This document shows, one piece after another, positions 25,856 through 40,460 of a stretch of DNA of 64,000 nt; within the stretch, counting starts at the first letter, position 1, and the number at the start of each line of letters is the position of its first letter. Location of the stretch: the NCBI RefSeq assembly GCF_006345805.1, contig NC_043006.1, positions 35,216,001-35,280,000 on the forward strand, in the 5' to 3' direction. The DNA is from Octopus sinensis. Taxonomy: Eukaryota. The notes beneath the pieces are model-generated. The model ran no database searches. It was not told where the DNA came from and was given only the letters and a program-made list of their open reading frames with translations. The position numbers and the translations under genes are program-made.

Positions 25856-26295
25856 TAAATATAAATGTAATTGAAAACATAGAGTCAACAAGAAAGAGTA
25901 CGGTTCGACAGCAATTTAATAAATACAACACATGTTGCGAGTTAGACGTGTCAAATGTTTACTAACGGGGCAACAATTGAACATCACCTGAGTAGATGCA
26001 ACTGGATCCCATCAAACTGGTAAACCGTTGCTTACTTTAAATCCTGTGTATATATGTGGATCTATGTTGTATGGAAACATGTGTAGTGTTTACTAAAAAG
26101 CTGTCTAAACGTACTCCTGCCTGTTGCCTCTATTCAATTTTTACTTTCACACACGATGAATGCCTAAACTTAGACTTCGAAGTATACCGTATTCCTTCCG
26201 GCTATTCTAAGGTTGAACGAGCTCTGCTTTGTACTGTACTACGTTCCTAACGGAATACACCTTACACATACACACACATACACACACACACACAC

Positions 26296-26336
<41 letters not shown>

Positions 26337-26962
26337 ATATCATATTATATATATATGTGTGTGTATATGTGTGTAGGTAGTTATAGCAATGAAAACGAAA
26401 AGGTAAAATTAATAAATGAAGGTGGAAAATACCTCCTACAACTGCTAAAGATGAAAGAGTAAAAATTTAACTAGGACTGACAGACAAAAGCACCAACTTC
26501 ATGAAATGTATTTAATATATCTTAATACATTAATATATTATTATAATTGTTTATTGTATGTTTATGTACACCTTAACCGTTTTGAATTTTAGCGCTTGCA
26601 ATTCAAGTTTTTTTTCTTCTCAGGAACGAATAGGAGGCCGGCTATCTCCTTTAACTCGGAATAATTGAGGAAACCTCTGACGGGAAAGACCATATTGATC
26701 AAGTTTCGAACACACGTGATAAGGTCTATCAAACTATTTCATTCTCTGAGTGTATCTCACCAAAGAAAGATATTGTGGCTTCCTGCTTGCAGTCCGCGAT
26801 ATTTCATGAGTTTAGTGCTTTCGTGTAGCTGTCCGAGTTAAAATTTGGCTCTCATTTCTAGCAATTGTAGGTGCTATTTTTCATCCTCCTTTACTAATTT
26901 TACATACACACACACACACACAGAAGCACCCTCCCCAATATATATATATATATATATATTAT

Positions 26963-28255
26963 TGTGATGAGATTTATGACGTCCCTTTGGGAGAGATAGA
27001 CTGGTCTGAGTAAAGTGCAAGTAATAACGACCCGAATGACTTCAGAGTTCATGTTAGTTCACTGGGAGGTCGTTGGTTAGTTCAGAAGGTATATTGATTG
27101 TTGATTTGCAGAGAGATTTGTTACTTCGTAACGTTATATTACTGATGTCTGGTTATCTTATTCATTCTACGTAACAAATCATGTTACAACACCTGGCGAC
27201 AAGGGATTCGAAGCTTACATAAAGTATTTAACAATTTGTTCGTGATACAACTTGTTAAATAATGAAAGACCTATTTGTTTCCATAGTACAGTTGCAAAAG
27301 CAATAGCAAGAGCAGAAACAAAGGTCGCAGAAGCAGCTATTACAGCAACAATAATAACAACAATTATTGGAGCTATATTCAAAGAAATCCCAAAACGAGG
27401 CATGTTCGTTTTCGCCAGACGGCGTTTCAAACTCGATTAATGCATTCCGTTCAAACCCAGAGGAGCGTATAACTTTGCTTCATCTTACAGAAGGTAGGAA
27501 GAATTTTTAAGCAAGATTGTAAATCATTGTCGGACGAAGAAAAAGTGAGATTGTTATTGGAAAAGTTAGCTCTTGCATGAACGTTACTGTAATTACATAT
27601 TGCCCCCAAAACCCAATGAAATTTGTTTTAAAGAAACAATTGAATTACTGTCTAACATATTCGGTGATTAAACTTCTCAATTTAACACTCGAATGGAGTG
27701 TTAGAATTTAGCTAAAAACGAGGAGGATGAGTTTATTACGTATGGAGGAACAGTCAACAAAATGTGTGAAAGTTTCAAACTGAAAGAACGTACACCTGAG
27801 ATGTTGAAGCGTCTTATTTTCGTACAAGACCTTAAAGTAAGCGAAGATATAGAAATTCGGGCAAAAATTCTTTTTAAATTGAAACAAGCGAATCAAGATC
27901 TAACCTTACAGTCCGTGGCAGAAGAATGCCGAAGGATGGTAAATCTGAAACACGATGGAGAAAAAATTCAGGAAAAGGATTCCTCAAAAATATAGATATA
28001 CCGACCGGAAAAGTACAACCAAAAGAGATCGCCACGTCTTAATATATGTTATGGATGTGGAGGCATTTCAGAAAAGACTGTCCATTTAAAAATTAAAAAT
28101 GTTACAGTTGCAAAAGAATTGGTCGCAAGAGTTCAAACTGCGGAACAAATTTACGAGTAACAAACGCTAAAAATCCTAGAGAGCTCTTAGCACAACCAAA
28201 AATCGACTCCAAAATTAGAAAATTCAGACATGTAAAAATAAATGGAAACAGGTGA
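26963..28255 (+). mobile_element. Gypsy LTR retrotransposon 5' remnant (LTR, PBS, degenerate gag, start of protease)
   Basis: About 229-bp TG...CA LTR (26963-27191) and PBS TGGCGACAAGGGATTCGAA at 27194. gag-like peptides: FSPDGVSNSINAF, DEEKVRLLLEKL, LIFVQDL...IRAKIL...LTLQSVAEECRRMVNLKHD. Two decayed CX2C zinc knuckles at 28045-28140, then RKFRHVKING. Confidence 0.85.
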
Positions 28256-28904
28256 CAGAGGAAAGTTCAAGAGAGAAAGGTTGATGGGGGCAAAAAAATC
28301 GGCAAAGATGCACACGTTACGGGGACATAACGCAACAGCATCAGTTGTCAATCGATGGTGGGGGAACAAACACAGACACACGCACACAGACACAGACACA
28401 CACACACATACACACACACATATATATATATTTGTGTGTTTGTGTCAATGTTCCCCCACCATCGCTTGGAAACCGATGTTGTGTTTTGTCCCCGTAAGTT
28501 AATGGTTCGGCAAAAAGGCTCCGATAGAATAAGTCCTAGGCTTACAAAAAGTAAGTTACGTCCTAGAGTTGATTTGTTCGGCTAAAACCCCTTAAGGTCG
28601 ACGTTCCCTTTCATCCTTTCGGGGTCGGTAAATTAAATACTAGTTGCGTACTGGGGTTGATCTAATCGACTGGCCCTATCCCCCAAACTTTCGGGCCATG
28701 TGCCTAGAGTACAAGATAATCGTTAGTCCGCTGGACGAAAAGCTTATTTCGCCCGTCTCTACGCTCTGAGTTGAAATTCCACCGATGCTGATTTTGCCAT
28801 TCATACTTTCGGTGTCGATAAATTAAATACTGGGGGACGATGTAATCGACTAGTCCCTCACCCCAAAATGTCAGGTCTTGTGCATTTAGTAGAAAGGATT
28901 ACTT

Positions 28905-29044
28905 ATTCTCTCGGTCTCTTTTGCTGAACTGCTAGACTACGGGGACGTAAACACACCAACATTTTGTTGTCAAGTGTTGGTGGTGGTGCGGACAAACACA
29001 GACATACAAATACATACATACGTATATTATATATATATATATAT

Positions 29045-29091
<47 letters not shown>

Positions 29092-29250
29092 ACGATGGGC
29101 TTCTTTCAGTTTCCGTCAACCAAATCCCCTCACAAGATTTTGGTCGACCCACGGCTATAGTAGAAGACACTCGCGCAAGGTACCATTCAGTGGAACTGAA
29201 CTCGGAACTATGTGGTTGGGAAGCACGCTACTCACCGCACAGTCACGCCT
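28905..29250 (-). mobile_element. SINE family A, diverged
   Basis: Same body and internal microsatellite as 14243-14712. Confidence 0.7.
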
Positions 29251-30459
29251 GTAACATTTATTTATTAGAAACAATAATTCCTGCTAATGGCACAAGACCT
29301 GATCTTACATTTTCAATTGTTGCTTTATCGGTAGCCCAGAACAATGAAGGGGAATTCGATCCAATCGGAACTTGAAATCAGTAGCTAAAGCGTCATAAAA
29401 TAAACGTAAAATAAATAATGTAAAACATTTATGTGCAGCGATCCACCGATTTAGCTGTTCTACCGTTTATGACAAGCACACTACAACTATATGGAAGAGA
29501 ATGGAATCACGTGCATAGAAGATATTTGGGAATATTTTTTATTGATTCTTTAAAGAAACCACGGAAGATTGCGTCACTCATACTTGAAGCTGGTTATAAA
29601 ATTTTCCGATATTTTCTATCCTTGGAGAGAGAAGAACTGGCATATGCCATGTTAAACAGGAGAAACGCAAAAACTGGCTCCCCAGAAATTATCATTGTTT
29701 TTTTTTTCTTTTTTGGTCATATTTCGAAAATGTTATTCCATATGCTCTTGTAGATCTAATAAAACTTTATTTTGTCAGTACATCTCATAAAAAACCTAAC
29801 GTAAAGAATATTTTCTATAACTTCTTAATAATGATGGAAAAGCTTTCAAACAGTTTTATCATGAACTGAAATTAAACATTGCTATGTTGTTGGTCTAAAA
29901 ACGAACGATGACAATTTTGAAGAAAAAAAATGAAGTGCGCCGCAAGCAGAAAGTAGATCCTTACATGCGTATACATTCGCTGATCACAAACAATAAACTT
30001 GAAGCTCGCTCTGAAATATAAACTACTAAATCTGCAGATGAATTTCCCAACCAAATAGTTCCGGGTTAAATCCCACTGAGTGGCACTTTGGGCAACTGTC
30101 TTCTACGAAAGCGCGAACCAACCAATGCCTTGTGATTGGATTTATAGGACGGAAACTGAAAGAAGCTCTAAATCGAGTTACCACTCAGTGGGACTGCACC
30201 TGAAACCATATGGCAGCGACGCAATCTTTCTAACCTCACGGCCGCGCCTATGCATATATCTTTTATCTTTATTTCTATTTGCTTTAGACATTTGACAGCG
30301 GCCATGCTGGGACACCGCCTTAAAGTGATTTTAGTGGAACAAAACGGCTCCAAGACTAATTCTCTTTTGTCGAAAAGCTAAGTTATGGGGACGTAAACAT
30401 ACCACCACTTGTTATCAGGCCCTCGTGGGTGACAGTCGCAAAGAGAGACACGCATATAC

Positions 30460-30639
<180 letters not shown>

Positions 30640-30998
30640 TTATTTTATTTACAAAAGATTGCCGAACTATGCATAGTCCAGAAAGGAGAGGGTAAACGTT
30701 TTTATTTCTCTTTCCATTTCAGAATTACAACTATTAGTGATTTGGAGTTTGGCTGCTCTTTCTAGTGAGTCGGATGTCCTATTATGGTAATCCCTTATAT
30801 GTTTGAATGTATATTACATAGTCTATTGGCTATTTTTTCTTTCTCACTTGACCGCTGGTAGCGGAGAATTTTTCTAGAATGTTTTGCTACCCTAAAATTT
30901 ATTAATATATATATATATTCCTGAGCGCCATACTAATACAATTGTTCGTTTGTTTTCCACCTGCCTTCGTCTTTTGTCTATTTTCATAAAGCTTCCCG

Positions 30999-31032
<34 letters not shown>

Positions 31033-32694
31033 GACGGGTTTCTTTCAGTTTCCTGGTACCAAATCCACTCATACGGATTTGGTCGGCCAGAGGCTACATT
31101 AGAAAGCACTTTCCAAAGAGACTGAAACCATAACCATGTAGCTGGAAAGCAGGCCTCTTACCACATAGCCATTCCTTTGCCTATGTATTTCAGTATATGT
31201 TATTATTCTTTCTATTTACTACTTTGAGACTGGCGTGTCAAAGTAGTAAAATGTCATCGATTTTCTTTTTATGAATTCTATAATTTGCCAAAAATACACG
31301 TCTGCAATTTTGTATATTAATTTCGACACTCGTCATTACTTTGTTAAGTCCCAGCCTCACTAATGAGGTATTATGAAACTGAAACGTATCTAGGATTGTC
31401 ACCCATACTTACAAAAATGATTAATGAGCTAATCTCTTTTCTAAACTTTTAATTATTTCAATTGATTTATATTTTTGTTCCCATTACATAGCATATTTTA
31501 ATATTAAATTAACTAATATTTTCCGAATACTTATTGTCTTTAATTAATGAGTTTCTTTCAAAGTATTCCTGTAATTAATCTCAGTGAGTTAATTTTTATA
31601 ATATGCTAACTAGTCACAAATATTCGCGCATAGTATTGTACAACTGCTTAATGATTCATCTTTCTAATAGGATCGAAACATGCCGGGTTTGTCTCTGTAA
31701 CTGGCTGAATGAAGACCATATTGCCCGTTCTGCTAATGGTGTCTTTTTTCAAAGCCCGAGTATTTTTGCAATGGATTCGTGAATAAATTTATTTGCAATA
31801 ACTTACATAATAGAAAGCAATATCAAAACACTTTTTATTAGGACGGGCTAAGGCCATAAATATGAGCAAGTCTTATTGAATTCATATAAGGCTCTTGGTT
31901 ACTGGTGGTAAGTGGAGGCAATTGTTGAATTTGTCAATGGCTATTGAGTCTGTTCCATTATCTTCAAACAATAAACTTGTCCTTTTTCTTAATGACAATT
32001 CAATTTCAGAGAAGTTTTGAGTCTTGAAATAATCTCCCCCTTACATGTAAAGTTTGTCTGAGTTACCGTTTCGGAATTGAGACACGCCAACTGGAGGCGG
32101 AGATAAATTGAACAAATCAAGAATTGATGCTGCATGGTGCTAGATATTTCTGTATTTGTGTTCAAATCTATGTATGTATGTTCAAATTTTTACCAGTACT
32201 GGATGCTCTGAGATTTTTCTCTGAGTTTATCTTTGTTTAAATCAGATAAGCGTGTGTGTATGTTTGCATGTGTGTGCGCGTGTGTGCGTGCATGCGCGCG
32301 CGTACGTGTCTATGTGTATGTGCGTCCGTGTGTTTGTGTGTATACTCAAAACTATTAAGTGCTGACAGTTTAGACACTTTTCGAAACTTCACGATAAGTA
32401 TTATGTTCATCTCTATGTACATACTCAGCTCTACATATAAGTCTGTGTGTCTGTGTGTATGTATGCCTGTGAGCGTGTGTGTTATCTGAAGTCATCAATA
32501 ATTTATATGTTAGATTCAGAATCCGGTATTTTAAAATTTATTGTTCGTCTAAAAAAATTTTCCGTTCCACTCAAAATGCTGACTGATTCGGTATAAAGGG
32601 GAAGTTGTTAAAAATCTGCTCTATTATACTAGGTGTTCCTTCCTCTCGTTCATATACGCGCACACACATATATGTATATGTGAATATATCTATG

Positions 32695-32757
<63 letters not shown>

Positions 32758-32835
32758 ATATGTATGTGTGTATGTATATATCTTTCTATATATACATATA
32801 AATACGTGTGTGTATGTGTGTGTCGGAGTGCATGC

Positions 32836-32988
<153 letters not shown>

Positions 32989-33025
32989 CATAGATATATG
33001 TATATATGTATGTGTTTATGTATAC

Positions 33026-33061
<36 letters not shown>

Positions 33062-33071
33062 TTATACATAT

Positions 33072-33108
<37 letters not shown>

Positions 33109-33582
33109 TTGTGTCTGTGTGTATGTCTTTATATATATATATGTCCACACACACACACACCATTCTGCAATAAGCGAACGCTGTTTTGGAATAATTTACA
33201 AATGTTATTTCCAAATATGAAGAACAAATGTTATTCAATATGTCAAATTTTGTCGCAGAGTATCACAGGCCAAATACACGGAATTGCCAGATTTTGGCAA
33301 CTTAAAAACTTTCTGGTCGCATTAATTTCTCATTTCAAATTATTCTGAATATCTAAAAGTCGAAACTGTATGTACAAGATCCATTTAAGATAAAAATCAA
33401 TTTCTTAAGGAGACTGTATTCTACAAACACCTAATTACATCAACAGAGAAAATGTATGTAATATAGAAGATTAATAATGGTCTCTGATCAAGGTGCCAGG
33501 AGGAGAAAGTCGATTACATCGTCCCCCAGTGTTTAACTGGTACTTATTTTAAATTGTCTTGAAATGCTAACAGGAAACTTTA

Positions 33583-33680
<98 letters not shown>

Positions 33681-33730
33681 TAATAATAATAATAATAATG
33701 ATAATTGTAATAATAATAATAATAATAATT

Positions 33731-33779
<49 letters not shown>

Positions 33780-33780
<1 letters not shown>

Positions 33781-34260
33781 TGTCTTGGTATAAAAGATGG
33801 GCTACAGCAAATATTCTGCTCAATACTACAGATTTGCTTGTCAGCTGTTTGACCTTAACCAGTTGAGCATGTCCCTTAGTGGCTGACGATATGTGCATCT
33901 CTGATCACGAGCAGAAGTAGTGGGGGAGCATCATAGCCATGTGTTGAGAGGGATTGTTTGGGTTTGAATAATTCACCTCTGGAAACATGGGTGGTTCTTT
34001 CAACATCCTTAAACAACCCTTATTCAGGGACCTTTTGAGTGGGATGGGTTACTCGACCAGAAGAAAATTCTAACTGGGCCCCACCTGCAAGGTCATGTAC
34101 TGTTTATCTTGATATGAGATCACCATGTCGCGCACATATGGTTGTGATGCATGTGCCTGGTGTATCCTTATCAGACGAGTAGTCATGATGGATATATTGG
34201 GCTTCGTATATTTGACCCCAGTGTCACTTTGATGGCATGAACTGCTCTCTCATTCAATAA
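33780..34260 (+). mobile_element. (AAT)n-tailed interspersed repeat, second copy
   Basis: Reverse complement of 15205-15675; flanked by (AAT)n on both sides. Confidence 0.8.
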
Positions 34261-34559
34261 TAATGATAATGATAATAATAATAGTAATAGTAATATTATA
34301 TAATAATAATAATAATAATATTAATATTCCTTTGTACTATAATCACAAGAGCTGGGATTTTTAGCGGAGTCTCTAAGCAATTACATCGACGAGGTACTTA
34401 TTTACCGCCCTCGAAATAATGAAAGGGAAATTGACTGCGGCGGAAAATTTGAACTCAGAACATATAAAGTTAAGAAATGCCTCTGAGCATTTTCCGGTGC
34501 GATAATTACTTGCTCAAGCTGAAAATATTCGACAGTTCTATATTTATGAGGTGAGGAAT

Positions 34560-34720
34560 TATATACATTATTTACATTATTTACATTTGACGGATGTTTG
34601 TCCTCATCTTGTTTGTTGTTAAGACAACGTTTCAGTAGATATACCCTTCAGCATTCATCAGGTGTCGTGGGTAAATTTTGAACCTGGGTTCTCATTCCTA
34701 AGGTATTTCTTCGATGTCAT
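34560..34720 (-). mobile_element. Penelope-like terminal repeat with decayed hammerhead motif (34622-34666)
   Basis: Minus strand GACAC-CTGATGA-ATGCTG...CTACT-GAAA-CGT-T-GTCTT: core intact, stems mismatched. A partial copy of the family lies at 15105-15175. Confidence 0.55.
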
Positions 34721-34913
34721 TCTTATTTTTATTCCCTGTGCACAGCTTCTAACGCTGGACATGTATTACGGTCTCGGCTGTTCATTACCAGTGAACTAAG
34801 GTACTACCCTTGTTTTCTGAGCACCTTCCGGAGTATTCGAGCGGTTCCAAGCAGTGGTATTTTTTGCAAGTGCTCCATCCTTATTTCAGCCCTTATTTGT
34901 TACACGTACTTTT

Positions 34914-34984
34914 CGAGATTTTTGCTATCTCTCGAGTTTTCTTTCTTCCTTATCGCGTAGAGAGCCTTATAGCCAATCGCTTGT

Positions 34985-35016
<32 letters not shown>

Positions 35017-35170
35017 CATATATATATATACGACGGGCTTTCACACAGTTTCAGCTACCTTAACTCACAAGATATAGATCTGTCAACCCGGAGCTGTAAT
35101 CGAGATTTTTGCTATCTCTCGATTTTCTTTCTTCCTTATCGCGTAGAGAGCCTTATAGCCAATCGCTTGT

Positions 35171-35202
<32 letters not shown>

Positions 35203-35284
35203 CATATATATATACGACGGGCTTTCACACAGTTTCAGCTACCTTAACTCACAAGATATAGATCTGTCAACCCGGAGCTGTAAT
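34914..35284. repeat. Recent tandem duplication (187 + 184 bp)
   Basis: cgagatttttgctatctctcg...cccggagctgtaat occurs twice, including the same interrupted (TA)n. Confidence 0.9.
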
Positions 35285-35796
35285 AGAAGACTCTTGCCGA
35301 AGGAACCAGACCGTACGAGTGAGCTGAAACCACATTGTTTCGTAACCTGAAAGCCACGGCGTGTTTGTAATATGCTAATGGGAGGAACAGTAAAAACAAA
35401 TTCGCATATGATGTGTTTTTGAGGTGAGTGCAAAAAGTAATTGGAATATGATACCGAAACGGCATATTGCAACATATCGCATGATAAAATAAATTTTCTG
35501 ATGTACAGAGTAGAAAGATTGAGAAGATATCAGAACCCATAAGAAACATAGCGTGTTTATTACAGAAAGTTCGCTCGCTATAACTGTTGAATGGATATAT
35601 ATATTTATGAATTGAAATGCGAATTTTAAGTATATAGAAGTGTTGAAATAGCAGCTCACATAGCGTATGCACGCAAAAGCCCATATGCATACATAAACTT
35701 ACAAAGAGACAGGCATATCAATTTATTCATTTATTCACACAAACTCGCATGCACACGCAAATATATACAAATAATACATATACATACATACATATA

Positions 35797-35837
<41 letters not shown>

Positions 35838-35946
35838 TTATTTATATGTATATATACTATATATATATAATTCGTTTTATTTCTGTATATATGTGTGTGT
35901 ATTTATATATATATATAATACATAATAAATATATATATATATATAC

Positions 35947-35980
<34 letters not shown>

Positions 35981-36536
35981 ATTATATATATATCTATATG
36001 TAGTTATATATATATATGTATATGTATATATATGATATATATATATATATCTATATATATCTATATATATCTATATATATATATATTACATATATATATA
36101 TATTATATTACGTATTATAACGTAATATATATAACACCACCACACGCACCACGCATAACCTGCGACAAAACCTCTACAAACTAAGAACCTATAAAACAAG
36201 AATTATTACCCTTACAAGATTATGATCCCTACCAAGAGCAAGAATGAAGTATCATTGAATGAGTGTGACATGGACAAGAAAACCACCATAAACTCTGAGA
36301 CATAAATTCTGAAACAAAGAACCTCTAATCTAGTTTAAATTTGTGAGAAGTAGAGTTTCAACGAAGGACAATTTTAGAACCACGGGAACAGAAGTTACAA
36401 TCGTTTCAAGCACTCACTGACACAGGCAAAACACACAGATACACACACACATACACATACATGCGTGTGTATATATATACATACGCATCACACACATATA
36501 TGTATATACATATACATTATATATATAATATATATA

Positions 36537-36567
<31 letters not shown>

Positions 36568-36639
36568 CATATTGTATCTATATATATGTATTATGTATGT
36601 ATGTATGTATGTATGTATGTAGTATGTATTTCTGTCTGT

Positions 36640-37090
36640 ATGTATTGAAAGTGTATTCTCTCCAGCGCCGACGTGAGTGATACATCATTTGCACAATGTG
36701 GAGAATATACGAATATACCATCAGAATTGCAGAAACGACCTGAACATAAGTTTCAAATTCATCTAAGTCTAGACCTCGGGGCATACGTCCCCTACCCGTT
36801 TCAAGATCACAACCCATAAATGCATTGCAACATAATTTCTTTTCCTCAACAGGCCCTGCCCTATTTAACATTGTCCCAAAACAGATCAAAGGCAAAAAGG
36901 ACCCTATCACCTTTAATCGGAATCTGGACAAATTTCTTCAAGGAATACCAGATAAGCCACCTATACCTGGATGCAACTCATTCAAGAAATACCTACTCGA
37001 ATGGCCTATGATGCCACAAAACTTGACTTAAAAAAGGATTTAGCTAATCCTAAAAAGTGGTGCTATTAAGTTAGACATGGACCAATCTTT
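36640..37090 (+). mobile_element. 5'-truncated CR1-group LINE 3' end, degenerate
   Basis: LKVYSLQRRRE...QHNFFSSTGPALFNIVPKQIK...FNRNLDKFLQGIPDKP, the conserved post-RT C-terminus. Confidence 0.7.
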
Positions 37091-37249
37091 AGTCGAAACA
37101 TTTCTAAGTTACACATACGTATATATATATATTCCAAAAGAATGAACCGATTTCATTGCGCAATATTTTGATAAGGAAAAGCAATAGAAAACTCCAGCTG
37201 TTTCACAAGTATTTTCTCACAATCAACTTTTATTTCCTGTTTTACAAGT

Positions 37250-37450
37250 GTTCAGTATGGCCACCACATACAGCGCGGGCAACATCAATGCAGTAAGAAA
37301 ATTGCTCCCAGACGCGTATCGGCATATCACGATCCACTGAGTTGATCGCTCTTGCTATTCGATGTTCGTGATTTTTTTTTTCATGTGGGTATATGTAAAA
37401 GTTCACGCTTATATTCCACCTCGACGACCTTAAACATTTCTATCACAGCC
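37250..37450 (+). mobile_element. Possible Tc1/mariner transposase C-terminal fragment
   Basis: cgtgattttttttttcatgtgggtatatgtaaaa resembles the PCDFFLWGYVK motif; otherwise very decayed. Confidence 0.35.
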
Positions 37451-37879
37451 TCTAGTTCTTCCTCATAACAATTTTCTTATGTCTTGAAGTTACATACTTT
37501 GTTATCTTCCCAATACATTCTTTTGCTTTGACAGATATGTCTACGCGTAATATTGTTTTGTGCTACTGTATGGTATGGTATGGTACGGTATGTATGTATG
37601 TATGTATGTATGTATGTATGTATGTATGTATGTATGTATGTATGTATGTATGTATGTATGTATGTATTATAAATTGCTCGAAATGCGGAGCAGATAGACA
37701 TCCAACAACTGATGAACGGTCGTTCTTGATATTCCTTCGCTTGTTTTCCATTTGCTTCTCTCGTTGTTCGCAAAAAAAGTTTATCTTCATATTTCTTGCT
37801 GTTTTAGTATTTGCGTATTTCATGCTTTCGCACTTTCAATGTTTGCTTACGTATTTTGATGTTCTGTACTCAAATATGC

Positions 37880-37913
<34 letters not shown>

Positions 37914-37989
37914 TATTAATATATATATATATATATATATGTATGTATTATTAGAAATATTGAATTTCTAATGTCTCAAAGAAACATGA

Positions 37990-38329
37990 GCGGTGGTGGA
38001 GCGATGGAGTGGTTGTATACTGTCAACATAACGTGACAGTCCCGTAAGGAATTAACTCACCGCTGTTTAGCCCTAGGAAGCATCGACGCTTCCTGTCGGC
38101 TTTGACACATTTCCCGTGTCCTTATATTTGCAAAGGGGAGGCACCACCCCACCAGCTAGGATCCTAGCTGGTGGGGGTGCTTGCCTCCCCTTCGCAAATA
38201 TAAGGGCAGAGGAAATGTGTCAAATGTTGTCAAAAGCCGACAGGAAGCGTCGATGCTTCCTATGGCTAAACAGCGGTGATGTAATTCCCTTACGGGACTG
38301 TCACGTATGTTGACAGTATACAACCACTC
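37990..38329. mobile_element. Fold-back element, longer member of the 21343 family
   Basis: Same arms plus an extra central palindrome ending in ccaccagctaggatcctagctggtgg (centre about 38161). Confidence 0.85.
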
Positions 38330-38481
38330 TCTCTCTCTCTCTCTACATATATATATATATATGCATATATATATAATATATAATAATATATATATCTATA
38401 TATATATATATATATATATCAGTACTACATCTATGTATGTATATATGTGTATATATATATTTTATTCATATCATTATTGGT

Positions 38482-38513
<32 letters not shown>

Positions 38514-39289
38514 TATATATAAACACACATACCCCTACACATACCCACACGCATAAATATAAACCAGTGCAGTTCAGTTCTGTTCTTTTCTGTCTGGCGA
38601 GCGGATCCTGTGCAGATTTCTCCCCGCCGGCTTTGTTCAGGTGTAATATGTTTTACACTAATACATAAGCGACCAAATACAGAGGAGGGAAATGCTGATC
38701 AATATCTAGCTGAGATTTAGATTTCCAGTTAAAATAATTCATGAAATATAAACATCGGCTCCATTATATTATGTCGTATTAAAGAGCTTTAATGGAACCA
38801 AGTATATCAGAGAGAAGCCTATATATTATTTATATATTATGTCGACTGCATCGACAATTATAAAGAATATAGGAAATAGCAATATACACAAAAACACAGA
38901 GATTTGTTTTTATTATATTTTTCTGGTTTTGTTTTGAGGGTGGTGGTTGATATATATGATTGTTTGTGACATACAAAACAGTAAAGTAATAATAAATAAA
39001 ATAAAATTACTGGCGTCACTTTGAAAGTTTCAAACTGTCCAAATAGAAGAAAAAGATAAATATTTACACCACAAACAATAGCAATTAAATAATAGTAATG
39101 ATGATGATGTTCACGATGATGAGCAAGATGATGATAATGATGATGATGTTGTTGATGATGTTGATGATGATGATGCTGGTAATAATGATAATGAAGATAA
39201 CGATAATTTGTTTCACCAGGCAATAGATCCCATGACCTCTGATTTTAACTGTTTTGAAGTGTTATGTACAGGTTTTGTGTTGGTGCAAA

Positions 39290-40030
39290 ACATGGGTTCC
39301 AGTAAATATTCTCCTCAATACCACAGATTTGCTGGTCAGTTGTTCGCTCTTAACTAGTTGATCGTATATTTTGGTTGTTGGTGATATTTCCATCTCTGAT
39401 CACGAGCAAATGTAGTGGGGGAGCATCATAGCCATGTGTTGAGAGGAATTCTTCGGGTTTTGAATAATTCGCCTCGGGGAACGTGTTTTGTTCATCATCC
39501 TTAACTCTTATTCAAGGACCTTTTGGGCGGGATGCGCTTACTCAACCAGAAAACAATTCTAACTGGGCCCTGCATGCAAGGTCATGCGCAGTTTATCTCG
39601 ATATGGCTGGTTTGAATAATTCGCCACGATGCAGGTTTGAATAATTCGCCACTGGAAACATGGGTGTTTCGTTCAACATCCTTAAACAACTTCAAAAATA
39701 TTTTGAGTGGTGTGACGCGCTACTTGACCTGAAGAAAATTCTTACTGGGTCTCCGCCTGCAAGGTCATGCATTCTTAATCTTGATATGAGACTACCATGT
39801 TACGCTGTTGTGTGGACGCCCCCAGACGATGAAGTAATCTAGCCCAATACGTAGATATAGAGGGAGAAGTCTAGACGTCAGTGTTGAGTAGAGGTCATCC
39901 GAACGTGCGATGTAACATATGCATATATGGTTGCGATGCATATGCCTGGTATACCCTTATCAGACGGGTAGTCATGATGGGTATACTGCGCTTTGTTCAT
40001 TTTACCCCAATTTCATTTTGATGGCAGGCA
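39290..40030 (+). mobile_element. (AAT)n-tailed interspersed repeat, third copy with internal duplication and insertion
   Basis: Similar to 33780-34260. The segment ggtttgaataattcgcc...aaggtcatgc is duplicated, with an unrelated insert of about 110 bp near 39800-39915. Confidence 0.65.
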
Positions 40031-40349
40031 CTGCTCTTTCACTCAATAATTTGTTTCTAATTTAGTCTCAAATACACAAATTTAATGACTCGGTGGGGTT
40101 GATGCCAATTAACCTGAAAATATGACCTCAGCTGTATTTAATCTCAGAATATTAAGATCTGTAAACTAAATCTCACATTTTATTTTGTCCGGTGCCTTAA
40201 AAATTATAATCATTGATAATTTATTTTAATTTCGTTTTAATTAATTAATTGATTACTCTGCACACGTAAGCGAGAGCAGGGTATTGTAGGCACTGGGCTT
40301 TATCTGTCTGTGTGTGTGTTTGCAAAGTTACTGAAAAATCTAGCATCTT

Positions 40350-40460
40350 CTTGCTCGAAAACATAAGGACACAGATCGTGTCGTAGAGCCAGCTGAAGAC
40401 GATGATTCCTCGGGCTAAATTACAGCAACATGTTATGTTGGCAAAATTATTTACTCCAAA
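40350..40460. repeat. Single arm of the 46326-46628 fold-back family
   Basis: gacacagatcgtgtcgtag..gctgaagacgatg..cct.gggctaaattacagcaaca..tgttatgttggcaaa..ttttactcca matches the right arm at 46490-46628. Confidence 0.7.
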
